Shown: in pieces, positions 23,383 through 36,743 of the stretch
Layout of the letters: each line of letters begins with the position of its first letter
Position numbering within the stretch: the stretch's first letter is position 1
Notes under the pieces: model-generated
Database searches by the model: none
Told to the model about the DNA's origin: nothing
Seen by the model: the letters and a program-made list of their open reading frames with translations, nothing else
Assembly (NCBI GenBank): GCA_040437565.1
Contig: JBDOQK010000011.1
Coordinates: 558,001-622,000 of the forward strand
Source of the DNA: Albugo candida
Taxonomy: Eukaryota
Direction of reading: 5' to 3'
Length of the DNA: 64,000 nt
Made by a program: the position numbers and the translations under genes

Positions 23383-24275
23383 TATCATCAGGTCGCAGCG
23401 ATCTATCAAAACTAAGGACGCAAAGCATTACACATTTGTCAAGTATATTTGTAGCACGAAAGACAAACTTGGATAGTGCTATTGCCAAGCTCACTTGGCG
23501 AAAAGCCCAAATTCACATGTGCTTATGCCCAATTCTTCGATAGAGGCACAGGAATGATTTGCTGGCACATACTATTATCCTTTGTTTGGGCGGAGTTGGA
23601 GGGTTGTGGCAATTAGGAGAGCTTTTATCAACTGGACCTCGTCTAGATCCAAAATCGAGCTCCGAACTAGCAGCAAGCGATGTCGAAAGATGGTGCCAAC
23701 GGCTTTACTGAGGTCGATACCTAGAATGGGCATGTTATTCTGGAAGCGACGCGTTGATGCGATATTCCATCTGTGGGCCCAGACTGCATCGGCTGTACTG
23801 CGGACGACTCGAAAGTCACTCTGGTTAGGCGATAGCCATTTATCAACTTCTTCACGGATGCGATTCAGGATGACCGTGAATACGGTCTTAAGCGTTGTGC
23901 TGAGAAAGGTGATCGGTCGCAGGTTGACGCATCTGTCCGTCGGTTTTTTAGGCTTCGGAACGGTGATGANNNNNNNNNNNNNNNNNNNNNNNNNNNNNNN
24001 NNNNNNNNNNNNNNNNNNNNNNNNNNNNNNNNNNNNNNNNNNNNNNNNNNNNNNNNNNNNNNNNNNNNNTATCATCAGGTCGCAGCGATCTATCAAAACT
24101 AAGGACGCAAAGCATTACACATTTGTCAAGTATATTTGTAGCACGAAAGACAAACTTGGATAGTGCTATTGCCAAGCTCACTTGGCGAAAAGCCCAAATT
24201 CACATGTGCTTATGCCCAATTCTTCGATAGAGGCACAGGAATGATTTGCTGGCACATACTATTATCCTTTGTTTG
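23383..24275. repeat. 206-bp duplication (23383-23588 = 24070-24275) enclosing the LINE fragment and a gap
   Basis: The two copies match and then diverge after TTTGTTTG. Confidence 0.9.
23589..23969 (-). mobile_element. Non-LTR (LINE) retrotransposon reverse-transcriptase fragment
   Basis: VPKPKK....NLRPITFLS, LSPNQSDFR..RSTADA and IDLSKA are early LINE RT motifs. Truncated, and bounded by an N gap. Confidence 0.85.
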
Positions 24276-25237
24276 ATGACTAAGTATATCAAATTTCCAA
24301 TCTGCAGATAGCATAACTATATTGCTGAAATGTTTTGCATCACTATTTCGGGCAACATACGATTTCCTCAACTGTCCACAAAAAAAGCTTGTCATTACTA
24401 ACTCAAGGTCAGCAAGTGAGTTCGTTGAAGAAATGCATGCAGTGTGTTCCGTTCTGTCAATACTTTTTCCTTCATTCCATGAATAACATCAAACACCGGA
24501 GGAGCTGAAAAAGTATCTGATTAAACCTGATGACACAAAGTTGAGCTCTTCGCACAAGACACCGTCTCCGTTGCTTGTAATGAGCCGTTCGACACGTATC
24601 GATTTCTCATGCTTTGAGCGATGAGTGCTTTCAAGCGAAGGATGGCATTGATGGTTTGAAGCTCCAAGCTCAAAACGCTCTTTACTCATTCCAATTTGAC
24701 TGGTGCAGCCTATATGGGGCCCGAAAGACCTGTCGCGTGATTCTATCGTTCCATGGCGGATCAGACGCTCTGTATAACAAAAGCTGCTCATCACGACCTC
24801 GATAAGACGAACCCTCTTACATGTAATCCCAAGAATACTAGCCCGATTTATGGAAACACTTTGTACGGGCCTTGACGTACACGATGCACACGATTCGTTA
24901 ACAAAAAATGGCGGCCAACTTGTTTACGGTATATAGCTTTGCACATGAATTTAGTCGTATGAGTCGCTCACTAGTAGCTCAATATGAGAGTACATTATTA
25001 TTGGTATTCGTACGACGAAGAGCGAGCTGGAAGAATTGTATCTTTGATATCTTTCAATAACTATCGCACGGAGTATCGCCGTTACTGAATCGCTCATGCT
25101 CGTAGAAGGCAGGTAATTGTGCTCTCTAATGGCGGAGATCGCGTTCTATGACACCTCAGCCCATCAGATACAGATGAGTTGCTACGACACAAGTGGTCGA
25201 CACTAAATGGGCCAATTATTTACGTCTGTACACTAAA

Positions 25238-26110
25238 ATGTTGTTGGACGGGAAAGCATGCAGCAAAGTGATCGAAAACGATGTAAAAGCGGAGGTTCAG
25301 TTACTTTCTGTTCAACCAAAGCTCGATATTATACTCATTCTTGGAAATACTGATTCAGATACGTATGTACAACTCAAAAAGAAGGCTTGTAGTCGTGTTG
25401 GAATCCTCTGCGACATACATAAACTAAGTAAGGAAGTCAGCGCGGCCGAAATTGAGGCGCTAATCGATACATTAAATGACGATGTCACTGTGCATGGAAT
25501 ATTGCTGCAACTACCCCTACCGTGCACATTATCAGAGCACACGACGCAACTACTACATCGCATCGATCCGAATAAAGACGTCGACGGACTTCATCCGCAT
25601 CATTTCCATCGTCTTAGTCAGCCACGATGTAAATCTGACGATCTGTTTATTGCTCCATGTACGCCAGCGGGTTGTTTGCAATTGCTCGATCGGTATAAAA
25701 TAGATGTAGCCGGCAAGGATATCGTAGTAATTGGCCGAAGTTCGTTGGTTGGTCTACCTCTGTCATTGATGCTTTTGCAGCGTCATGCAACCGTAACAAT
25801 CTGCCATTCCAAAACTCGCAATTTACAAGCCAAAGTTAAACAGGCGGATATCTTGATCGCTGCCGCAGGGTGTCCTGAATTGGTTCAAAAAGACTGGCTG
25901 AAAGAGGATGTTGTCATTCTTGATATTGGGATTAATTATATTGAAGATACGACGTGTACCAAAGGATACAGAATGGCTGGCGATGTGCATTTCAATGATT
26001 GTAAAAGTGTCGCTGCAGCGATAACGCCAGTTCCTGGCGGAATTGGTCCGATGACTGTAGCGATGCTTTTGAATAACATTCTCATATGCGCAAAGTATGC
26101 GCTGCGATAA
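25238..26110 (+). CDS. folD: Bifunctional methylenetetrahydrofolate dehydrogenase/cyclohydrolase
   Basis: HGILLQLPLP, KDVDGL, PCTP, GRSSLVG, HATVTICHS and ITPVPGGIGPMTVAML. First ATG is at 25238. Confidence 0.95.
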   Translation: MLLDGKACSKVIENDVKAEVQLLSVQPKLDIILILGNTDSDTYVQLKKKACSRVGILCDIHKLSKEVSAAEIEALIDTLNDDVTVHGILLQLPLPCTLSEHTTQLLHRIDPNKDVDGLHPHHFHRLSQPRCKSDDLFIAPCTPAGCLQLLDRYKIDVAGKDIVVIGRSSLVGLPLSLMLLQRHATVTICHSKTRNLQAKVKQADILIAAAGCPELVQKDWLKEDVVILDIGINYIEDTTCTKGYRMAGDVHFNDCKSVAAAITPVPGGIGPMTVAMLLNNILICAKYALR

Positions 26111-26188
26111 ATTCCAAAAAGATACGTTGTCGTGATCATGCGATCTGAACTTTTCGTGAATATATCGCACTGAAGGGCCTTATATTCA

Positions 26189-29100
26189 TTAAGTCGGACC
26201 ACTCGAACTTGCAAGTGAACGACCCTCATACGTGAACCCGGCAAATGTATAAGACAGATTTCGTAGGTCGCTATTTCGCTGGCTCATACTTCCTCCGAGG
26301 CCATTACCAACAAATTGATTGCTACCCCGCTGTACCATGCTCTTTGGTTGTTTTGAAAAGCTATGCCCGGCATTGGCTAATGCGTTGTCAGTGTTACTGG
26401 CATCTGGACGAGAAGATTCTACCGTCACGCATAGACCATGGCCGTCAATTTGGGCAAGTGGAAGCTTTGTAAATTCTTCTTCGAAATTCGCAGCATCGAT
26501 CGGGTCCGTGTATAGACATGGCCGGTATGGTGGTGTGACTTGGCGATTATAAAGCGCATTCCAATCAATATCTGCGAAAAAGGGGTGATACGTTACTTCG
26601 CGAGGATCTGATGCTCCAAGCCGCTCTGATGGATCCCGTGTCAGCAAACCCTGAATGAGATCCATTGCCTCTGCTGATAATCCTTCTGGAAAATCAAGCG
26701 CAGCTCCTCTTAGCCTATCAAATAGCTCTTTTCGATCTTGCGTATACCACGGAGGGCGCCCTGTTAATAGCTCATAAAGTACCATGCCAAGATTCCACCA
26801 GTCTACTGCCGTGCCATGACCTTCCCGACTGAGTATTTCCGGAGGCAGATACTCGGGTGTTCCACACATTGTATATGTACCATTCAAGTGACTTCGAATT
26901 CCTTCTTTCGCAAGCCCGAAATCTGCGAGTTTAACATGACCTTCTACATCTAACATGATGTTTTCTGGCTTCAAATCCCGGTATGCGATACCTTCTTGAT
27001 GTAAATGCATTAATGCGAGAACGATCTCAGCTGTGAAAAACTTTGCCATGTGCTCCGGAAAGCAGCCAGTTCGACTCAGGTGAAAAAATAAGTCTCCGCC
27101 CGGGCAATAATCCAATACGAAAAACAATTTGGATTTTGACTGGAACGCGTAGTGCAGACAGACGATAAATGGATGCATTATAGACGCCAATACCCGGCGT
27201 TCCGTCTTTGTGTGCTCCACTTGTTGCTTTCTCATCAAAAAAGACTTGTCCAAGATTTTAACTGCGTAAAGTTGCAAAGTTTGCTTCCTCCTAATCAGTA
27301 AGACTTTTCCAAACGATCCTTTGCCGATCATTCTCAGCACATCAAAATCACGTAGTGATACATGGCTGGATCTTCCCATTCCTTTTTTCTCGGCTTCAGC
27401 TTTGTGGANNNNNNNNNNNNNNNNNNNNNNNNNNNNNNNNNNNNNNNNNNNNNNNNNNNNNNNNNNNNNNNNNNNNNNNNNNNNNNNNNNNNNNNNNNNN
27501 NNNNNNNNCCTCCGAGGCCATTACCAACAAATTGATTGCTACCCCGCTGTACCATGCTCTTTGGTTGTTTTGAAAAGCTATGCCCGGCATTGGCTAATGC
27601 GTTGTCAGTGTTACTGGCATCTGGACGAGAAGATTCTACCGTCACGCATAGACCATGGCCGTCAATTTGGGCAAGTGGAAGCTTTGTAAATTCTTCTTCG
27701 AAATTCGCAGCATCGATCGGGTCCGTGTATAGACATGGCCGGTATGGTGGTGTGACTTGGCGATTATAAAGCGCATTCCAATCAATATCTGCGAAAAAGG
27801 GGTGATACGTTACTTCGCGAGGATCTGATGCTCCAAGCCGCTCTGATGGATCCCGTGTCAGCAAACCCTGAATGAGATCCATTGCCTCTGCTGATAATCC
27901 TTCTGGAAAATCAAGCGCAGCTCCTCTTAGCCTATCAAATAGCTCTTTTCGATCTTGCGTATACCACGGAGGGCGCCCTGTTAATAGCTCATAAAGTACC
28001 ATGCCAAGATTCCACCAGTCTACTGCCGTGCCATGACCTTCCCGACTGAGTATTTCCGGAGGCAGATACTCGGGTGTTCCACACATTGTATATGTACCAT
28101 TCAAGTGACTTCGAATTCCTTCTTTCGCAAGCCCGAAATCTGCGAGTTTAACATGACCTTCTACATCTAACATGATGTTTTCTGGCTTCAAATCCCGGTA
28201 TGCGATACCTTCTTGATGTAAATGCATTAATGCGAGAACGATCTCAGCTGTGAAAAACTTTGCCATGTGCTCCGGAAAGCAGCCAGTTCGACTCAGGTGA
28301 AAAAATAAGTCTCCGCCCGGGCAATAATCCAATACGAAAAACAATTTGGATTTTGACTGGAACGCGTAGTGCAGACAGACGATAAATGGATGCATTATAG
28401 ACGCCAATACCCGGCGTTCCGTCTTTGTGTGCTCCACTTGTTGCTTTCTCATCAAAAAAGACTTGTCCAAGATTTTAACTGCGTAAAGTTGCAAAGTTTG
28501 CTTCCTCCTAATCAGTAAGACTTTTCCAAACGATCCTTTGCCGATCATTCTCAGCACATCAAAATCACGTAGTGATACATGGCTGGATCTTCCCATTCCT
28601 TTTTTCTCGGCTTCAGCTTTGTGGAAGTCTTCGTCCACATCCTCAAATACAATATTTCGTCGAAAAGATGAGCCGTTATTTTGTTTTGAATGCTTTGAGT
28701 CAGAATCCGCAATGCTCGTTCTTTGTAATCTTTTCTCGAGCGATTCCACACATCCTGTATTTGTAGTCTCTTGTGTCGACGCCGGTCGTGATGGTATCAA
28801 TGCTGCGATTTCAGTGTGATATAACTTCTTTGCAAGAGCGAGTGATTTTGACGATAGTGAAAAAGAGCCCGTCCCGCGTGTTAGACGTCCAGTTGGCACT
28901 GATACAGCACAGTCAGAAGACATGCTGTCAGAACCCGAAAACGTCCTCGGAGAGCAGCAATTCACATTTTGTGTGCCATGATTTGTTGATTGTGACTCAG
29001 CTTCAAATTTAGGTGGTTCGTTGGCCGAATGTGTTAGAAAATGGCGTATGATTATCACACTCGAGTGTAATCCTTGCTTTCCACATTCACAGTCTTCACA

Positions 29101-30038
29101 AGTAGGTCGGTCAGATTTACAGCTTTCCAGCGAAACAAGCATTAAGACCTCTCGTACCCATCGATCTAGTTCCAATTGCCGCTTTTGTAAGAACGAAGTA
29201 TCGAGTGACCTTTTCCAAGTTCGTGTGGGAAGTGGCGGTACATGTAAGACCTCTATTTTCAGTTGCTGGTACAATTGTTTAAAGTCATCAAATCGTCGAT
29301 ATATCGTCCACTGTTTCTCTTTGATAATATTCTCAATTTCGAGTCGGTAGACAGCGTAGATTCGATGTGTCATCTCATCCCGCGCGAGTGAAAACCCCTG
29401 AATACGATTCAGACGAGCAGGAATGCCAATAGGTAAAAATTTCTTCGCATCAAATGCGACAGTTGCTTCAGATCGTTCAAAATTTTGAGCCCAAATCCGC
29501 TCAAAATATTCGCGTTCAACTGAAGGTTGTGTTGGCCGTGCATTCTTTGGAAGATTTAGCTCCCCGATGCCATCTAATTCATCATTTCCAGTATCTTGAC
29601 TCGGCCGAACAATCCGTGCCGGCACGGCATCATGGTCAGATATCAACGGGATTGCTTCATCCAAAGATACGATGGAACCAAACGAACCAGTGGATATGAT
29701 TGACCCTTTTGATCGGTGTCTGTCATTGTTGTGGAGAATGTGATACGGATCATTCATATGCGGAATCTCACCGGCAACCGTTCTGTGGAAAGGAACGTGA
29801 ATTCTATATCGAAACAAATGTTATCAAATAAAACATTTGCATAATGATAGAAATTGTCCTACTTGACTGTATCTTTGGAAACTGTGTTGTATGTCGGCTG
29901 TGATATTTTGATTAAAGGCACGTTGGCTAGAAATGGAAAATCCTGCGAAGGTTTACGTTTTCTAGCATCCCTAAAACCAGTTCACAATTTGATCACCTAA
30001 AAATCATAAGCCAATTCGAAGAAGAGTACGTACGTCAT
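26189..30038 (-). CDS. PX-domain AGC Ser/Thr kinase (SGK/Akt-like); a single gene whose kinase exon is duplicated across a gap
   Basis: PX motifs WTIYRRFDDFKQL, PPLP and RQLELDRW. Kinase motifs GKGSFGKV, YRDLKPEN, DFG and TMCGTPEY. Hydrophobic motif FAGFTY. Two upstream GT-AG introns extend the N-terminus to about 30038 (MTDARKRKPS). Confidence 0.9.
26292..28625. repeat. 1117-bp gap-flanking duplication (26292-27408 = 27509-28625)
   Basis: Identical kinase-domain translation on both sides of the 100-N gap. Confidence 0.92.
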
Positions 30039-30531
30039 GTCTCGCATGTAAAGAAAAGAGAAGATTTGATGAAATCAATAGCCAACCTTCCATGCAGATC
30101 AAAACGAGATGTCGGAAAGCAATCCGGTCGTCAGAACGTAAGATAGAAAAAAAACGGGAAGGAATAACGTCCATGCAAAGGCACACTATACTATACAGTA
30201 AGCTCACTCGAAAGTACATTCGAATTTTCTATCTTCTGTTGTTTGCCCGAATCTCATTACCCTCTTCAAGTTGGTTCTCATCTGATCTCCTTTTAGGGTT
30301 AATCTTACATTCCTTCCTTTACCCGCACTTTAGTTGCGTAGGAAAAATGGAGCGCATGTTGTCAGGTACTTGTGTAGAACGCTCAAAGTGGTGATAAATG
30401 TGATGGAACTAACGATATATCAGGTGTGATGCAAGCTCACTCACGCTTCTAGTTCACATAAGTTGGATAACGCATCATGAAGATATGTCAAGCGATGGTA
30501 CATTTCTTAGTAGCTAAATGACGACCTGTAC

Positions 30532-31677
<1,146 letters not shown>

Positions 31678-31759
31678 TTGTGCGTTTTATAAATCTAAGC
31701 TCTCCCTCATGTAGTGTGGCTACACATATTGACTGGATATATTTGTAATGTGTTTTCAT

Positions 31760-31794
31760 CCAATTGTAATCGGTAGAGTGAATTCAAAACCAAT
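31760..31794. promoter_or_regulatory. Two CCAAT boxes in the divergent PP1 / CRAL-TRIO-PH intergenic region
   Basis: CCAAT at 31760-31764 and 31790-31794 within a 391-bp head-to-head spacer. The motif is short, so function is only inferred. Confidence 0.3.
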
Positions 31795-32068
31795 CGGAAC
31801 ACGACATGATTAGAAAAGTTGCGTATGTAAAGGAAAGTCAAAGTATTTAGCTATGGAGGCGTCTGTAGTATAAAGTAATTTGTACGCGTGCGTCAGTTTG
31901 TGGAGTATTTTTCGTTTTCTTTATTAAATCTACGAACGCGCATACTTCGTTGTTCTTCCGCGCATTGTAACTACTCGACGTTTAGTCTCACATTTTGTAC
32001 ATTGCGCACTCAGTTCAAGGTTACGCACCCTAATTGAAGAGTCTCGGTTCTAGTTGTAGTATGCACTC

Positions 32069-35000
32069 ATGTCTAAACCGATGCTCTTCCTAAATGCATT
32101 CAAATCTTCTTCTATAACCTGCGACATTGATAGTAATGACGCCAACAATAGCAATAGCCGGACACCCAGAAGCATGACTCGTAGGCGCTCTCGTGTCGGG
32201 AAGCAACTCATGAGAGAGTTACGTGGTTTTGCACGATTTCATGGAGACAACAGCCACACTGACTCCACATCTCCAAAATCAACTCATCCATCTGTTCCGC
32301 GTCAATCAAGTGCACCGTCAACAGCAACTACGTCATCCCAACAATTACTAACAAGCTCTAGTAACGGACATCGCTTGATCTCACAATCCATGAACGAAGG
32401 CGGATCGCCATCCCGGAGATCCGATGTGATGCAGAAAAAAACATCGTCAGCCATTCACTCATTACAGCATGGATGTGCTACTTTTGCAGCAACTGTCGCT
32501 AGACGTCGATTAATGAATGGCAGTAATCTGAGTGCTGGGGCATCGGTGCAAATGAGTCCATTTTCTTGCGAAATAACGACTCCTTTGGATACGGTTTCTA
32601 ATGTGGGTATCATATTCCTACTTTGACTGACTGAATTTGCTCACGAAAAGTGTTTGATGTAGAATGCCCCTCCAAATGTCGCCATTCGATATGGACACCG
32701 CATTCGACTGTATGGAAAAAGCGGATACGTAAGCTCCTCTTCCGAGGTCAAAGGCGGATATGTAGGGACTTTTGAAATCGCGCGAGGATTCTTACATCCG
32801 ATGAAAGAAACACAGCGTCATGACAAACAGAATGGATACGTATTAGCTTGTCTCCCTCCTATTCAAGAAGCTGGGTCTAACTTATACAAGCCCTCCACGT
32901 TTCGAATTGTTTCTATTGCCGGGTTAGAGGACGGAACACCACTCAGTTACGGAGATGTGTTCATTCTCGTGGATGATGATGGCAAAGTCTGGAATAATAA
33001 GATGGGTGTTGGCCCAACAACACTAAATGGTCATTTTGGACCAAAAGGTCCCAATTTTCCAGGTGAAATGTACCTTTCTTTCTATCAGCTTGGGAAGAGC
33101 TCTTCATTACGCTATGCTGACGAAGAAGAAGAACAAGAGATGGATATTAATCTTACTCCGGGAGTAGAACCCGTGACAAGTGTCGAAGAAGGTGGCTTAT
33201 TAGAGACCACAGCCTCTGACTCATCTTCCGATGAAGAGGAAGGATTCCTCTCTCTAGCTAGCTTGGCACGAAATACCAAGCTGATTGCCGAAAATACTTT
33301 TGGAGTCGGTCGAACGGCTGCTGGAGAAGCGGCTTTGGCAAGCGCATTAGCCTCCACTGGTAAAGTCGTGTTTTATGGCGATAAAGATGTTATCATCGAT
33401 ATTGCCGACTCAAACCGCATGCGCTCGAAATTCAATCAAGTGATCACGCATTATAGAAAGTATAATGAAGGGATGGTCGTGCAAGGAGGTTATTTGAGAT
33501 GTGATGGGCGTGGAAAGCTGTCTCTATTTGAAATACATGGTCTCCCGCTCCCATCCATTTCAAAGGTTGATATCATTGACTCAAACTCTTCGAATGATAT
33601 TATGAAGGAATGCCGATCGTCAAAACCATCAACTAGTACAAATATGGCCAACAGGGACGTGATGATGCGACTGGATTCCGGTCTACCAATTCCTATCAAC
33701 AGTGTGACTCCATCAAGTTTGGTCGCATTGCATTTTAGCGATGACTCAATGACGCTCATCCCGTGCAGTCGATTCTGCTCCTCCAACGAAAAACCATTCT
33801 ACATCGTTGTGCGCGGAAGTACACGCCCTTATCGCCTACAAGTTCAAGTCAAACGATCTTTCGATGAGTCCAATAGCAAATGTTTAGGCTCCTCATTGTA
33901 CGAGAAGTGTCACTTGCCATTTTGTATGTTGGTCGTTGCTGGCGTTTACTTGATCGTCATATTCAAGCTCCTATGGATAAAAGCATTATGTCTCGGCTGT
34001 ACCGTAGTGTTTCTCACACTTGGCTCCACATTTGCCCATATGTACAGAAACAAGGCCTCTCCATCTACAAGAGTTGAGCACGATACTTCCAAGGAAGATG
34101 AAAGGACTGCTAAGCACAAGGGCGAGAATTGGTTATTTTCTATCATTGCCTGGGAAGCCTCGAGCTCCGAACGCATTGAGCTCAAGACTCGAGACTACCG
34201 CGAGGAACTTTATGAGACACAAGCATCAACCCCACTCGTCAAGATACCTGCCAGTTTTCTTATTGCGGAAAACGGAAATGTTGCAAAAGCTTCAGAGAGG
34301 TATCAAACAACATTACAATGGCGGGATGAAATGAAGGTCGATAAGATACTGGAAACACCACACCCAAAATATCACTTGATCAAAAGGCAAGAAGAATTCT
34401 ACAATCATGCAGTGATGCAATTTGTCTCAATCTGAGTCTTGTAGCTTCTACAAGCAGTTTTTACACAAGCGAGATAAGCTGGGTCATCCAATTTACTTTG
34501 AAAAGTTGGCCACCATCAACATGAAAGCTTTACAAAAAGCAGGTAGAGTGCATTTTTTACCTCGATTTTTCTTACTAGGGTTTTTATACTGTGATGCATC
34601 AGATGTTTCTCTGGAGGATCTCTTTCATCACTACTTATTCAACATCGAGTTTAATGTCAAGTACGTGGCTTCGGATTCATGTGCTTGCCAAGCCTGTTGT
34701 GCTAGCAAGACTCGCAAGCTTTTAATTGTATTGGATGCTCGTGGTATCGGAATGAAAGATGTGAGTGGGGAATTTCTAGAATTTGTGCGGAAAGGAGCAG
34801 GGATGATGCAGCGACATTATCCACAACGCTCGTACAAAATCCTCATCATCAATGTTCCTTCGTGGTTTGGGATGGTCTGGAAAGGAATAAAAGGGCTCCT
34901 GAATGAGGCTACCCGTCAAAAAACAAATATACTCAGCGAGGCTGAAGCTCCTGCAGTTCTCTTACAGCTCGTTGATGAAGAGAATCTTCCAGTCGAGTAC

Positions 35001-35780
35001 GGAGGGCAATGCCAGTGCCCTGGTGGCTGTGAATCTAATTCAGCATTCATGCAGCTGCAAAAATCTCTTGTGGATAGTGTCTTGGCTTCCAAGCCTTTTT
35101 GTCCCGATGTGGTCATGGGTGGTCTCACCATCGAACTGGAAGAAGATGATGAAAAGGAAGCCAGAAGAGACTTGCAATGTACAAAACAGAATCTGCGACG
35201 CAATAGCATGCAACAACCCCATACCGCCGCAATGTTTATCCGACAATCGATGAGCTCCAAGCGGTTTTTACATGAGATGAAAGAGGCGATGGTCCTTAAC
35301 AGCGAACAAGTCAAATCAAGCGCATTCCCCCAAGAAGTGCTCAAGGCCGGTTTCTTACTCAAAAGATCGGTGAAACGTAAACCTTTCATCCCGATTTGGT
35401 ATCGTCGTGTCTTTGTTCTTCATGGTACCCCGTTATTGCTCAAATTCTCCCTGATTTGTGTTCTGATGTTCATTTTGACTGTAGCTCATTCAATTCGCTT
35501 CAGTCGGTCGGTTGAGTCAGAACTTTACTCTGTTTTGGCGCTCACCGGTGACACAATTGTCCGCAAAACTCAGAAGCAGAACAACCATACATTTGAGCTT
35601 ATCACACCGCTAATGGAGGCACATGGTCGTGCGCTTTTGCTTTATGCACCGACATCGGATTTGGTCGACAGTTGGGTGGACGTTATTTCGTCTGCTATCG
35701 CCAAATTGCGCACAAATCACATTGAGCCCTTGCCTGTCAAGCATCCGCCTTCAATCTCTGAAGTTTGCTCATGGAATTAA
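32069..35780 (+). CDS. Membrane-anchored CRAL-TRIO (Sec14-like) plus PH domain protein (about 5 exons)
   Basis: Three ORFs joined by introns at about 32603-32662, 34387-34444 (GC-AG), 34543-34602 and 35425-35484. Hydrophobic double segment near 33920-34035. Sec14 motifs RDKLGHPIYFE, HYPQR...IINVPSWF and LPVEYGG. PH motif KAGFLLKRS....WYRRVFVL...W. Confidence 0.85.
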
Positions 35781-35811
35781 ACGATATTGTCAAGATTCAA
35801 CGTATAAATAC

Positions 35812-36607
35812 ATGTGTCAAGATTTTGGTGACTTTTGGAGTAGCAAGAGCATGTCCGCATGCATCCTTCCCAACCGTTGCGAAGGCGACGACAAGGATTT
35901 TTGGGCTGAATATATCGAGGTAAAGAGCACTTTCTGAGAATTGGTGGTCTGATTTTAATTGAAGTATAAAGATCGAGAAATTAAATCAATTTTGGTATTC
36001 ACCGTCGACCGTCGACAAAATAACTAAAGAAATCTTGACTCAGGTTTCCAAGGGAGGATACATTGGATGTATATCTACACCGAGTATATATTTCGCACTC
36101 AAAAAAGAGATGGAGCATTGCATGAAAACACTCGACCAGCTTCTTTTATTGGATGCAAGTGCTTTGATTTGAAATACATGCTCCCGTTCTCACGCTCGAG
36201 TGCAGATTGATAGCAAGTTTGCATCAGAAGGACCACATTTTATCTTTTACGACTATCAATTTCCGCAAAATTTGCCGCAAGCACTCCATCATCGCTTGGA
36301 ATATCTGATCATCGACCCACCTTTCATCACTCGCGACGTATGGGAGCAGTACCGAGCCGCAATCGACTTTTTAATTTGCCCTAAACAAGGCAAAATCCTA
36401 CTAAGCACCATTCGTATGTATCTTCTGTTCATCTCTTTTACATAATCTGATCAACTCTGTGAAGACGAAAATGAAGCGCTAATGTGGGAGCTGTTGCGAT
36501 GCAAACCCGTGCAATTCCAACCGTCAATTCCGCATTTGGTCTATCAGTATACAATATACACAAATTATCACACAGCCACACTGAACGAAACAGGCACTGA
36601 AGGGTAG
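35812..36607 (+). CDS. EEF1AKMT1: EEF1A lysine methyltransferase 1 (N6AMT2/Efm5 family), 4 exons
   Basis: Spliced product contains EKLNQFWYS, IGCISTPSIY, FIFYDY, IIDPPF and PSIPHL. Stop TAG 36605-36607. Start is ATG 35812 or 35851. Confidence 0.85.
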
Positions 36608-36743
36608 CCCATGTAAGGCATGAGCTGCGGGTGGGCTCCCTGTGACGCTATCTTTAGACCCATCCTTTTCTTGAATAGCTAATAATAATATAGTTTCGAA
36701 CATTGCACTTCATGAAAACGTACAACTGAAAAAAATCAAATCG

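Noticed and set aside
24489..24794. GMSKERFE resembling piggyBac-like transposase, and a TATGGGGCCC copia PBS-like word
   Set aside because: Each is a single short motif with no supporting context.
26189..28625. Apparent tandem pair of AGC kinase genes
   Set aside because: The copies are identical and abut a 100-N gap; merging them gives one complete gene.
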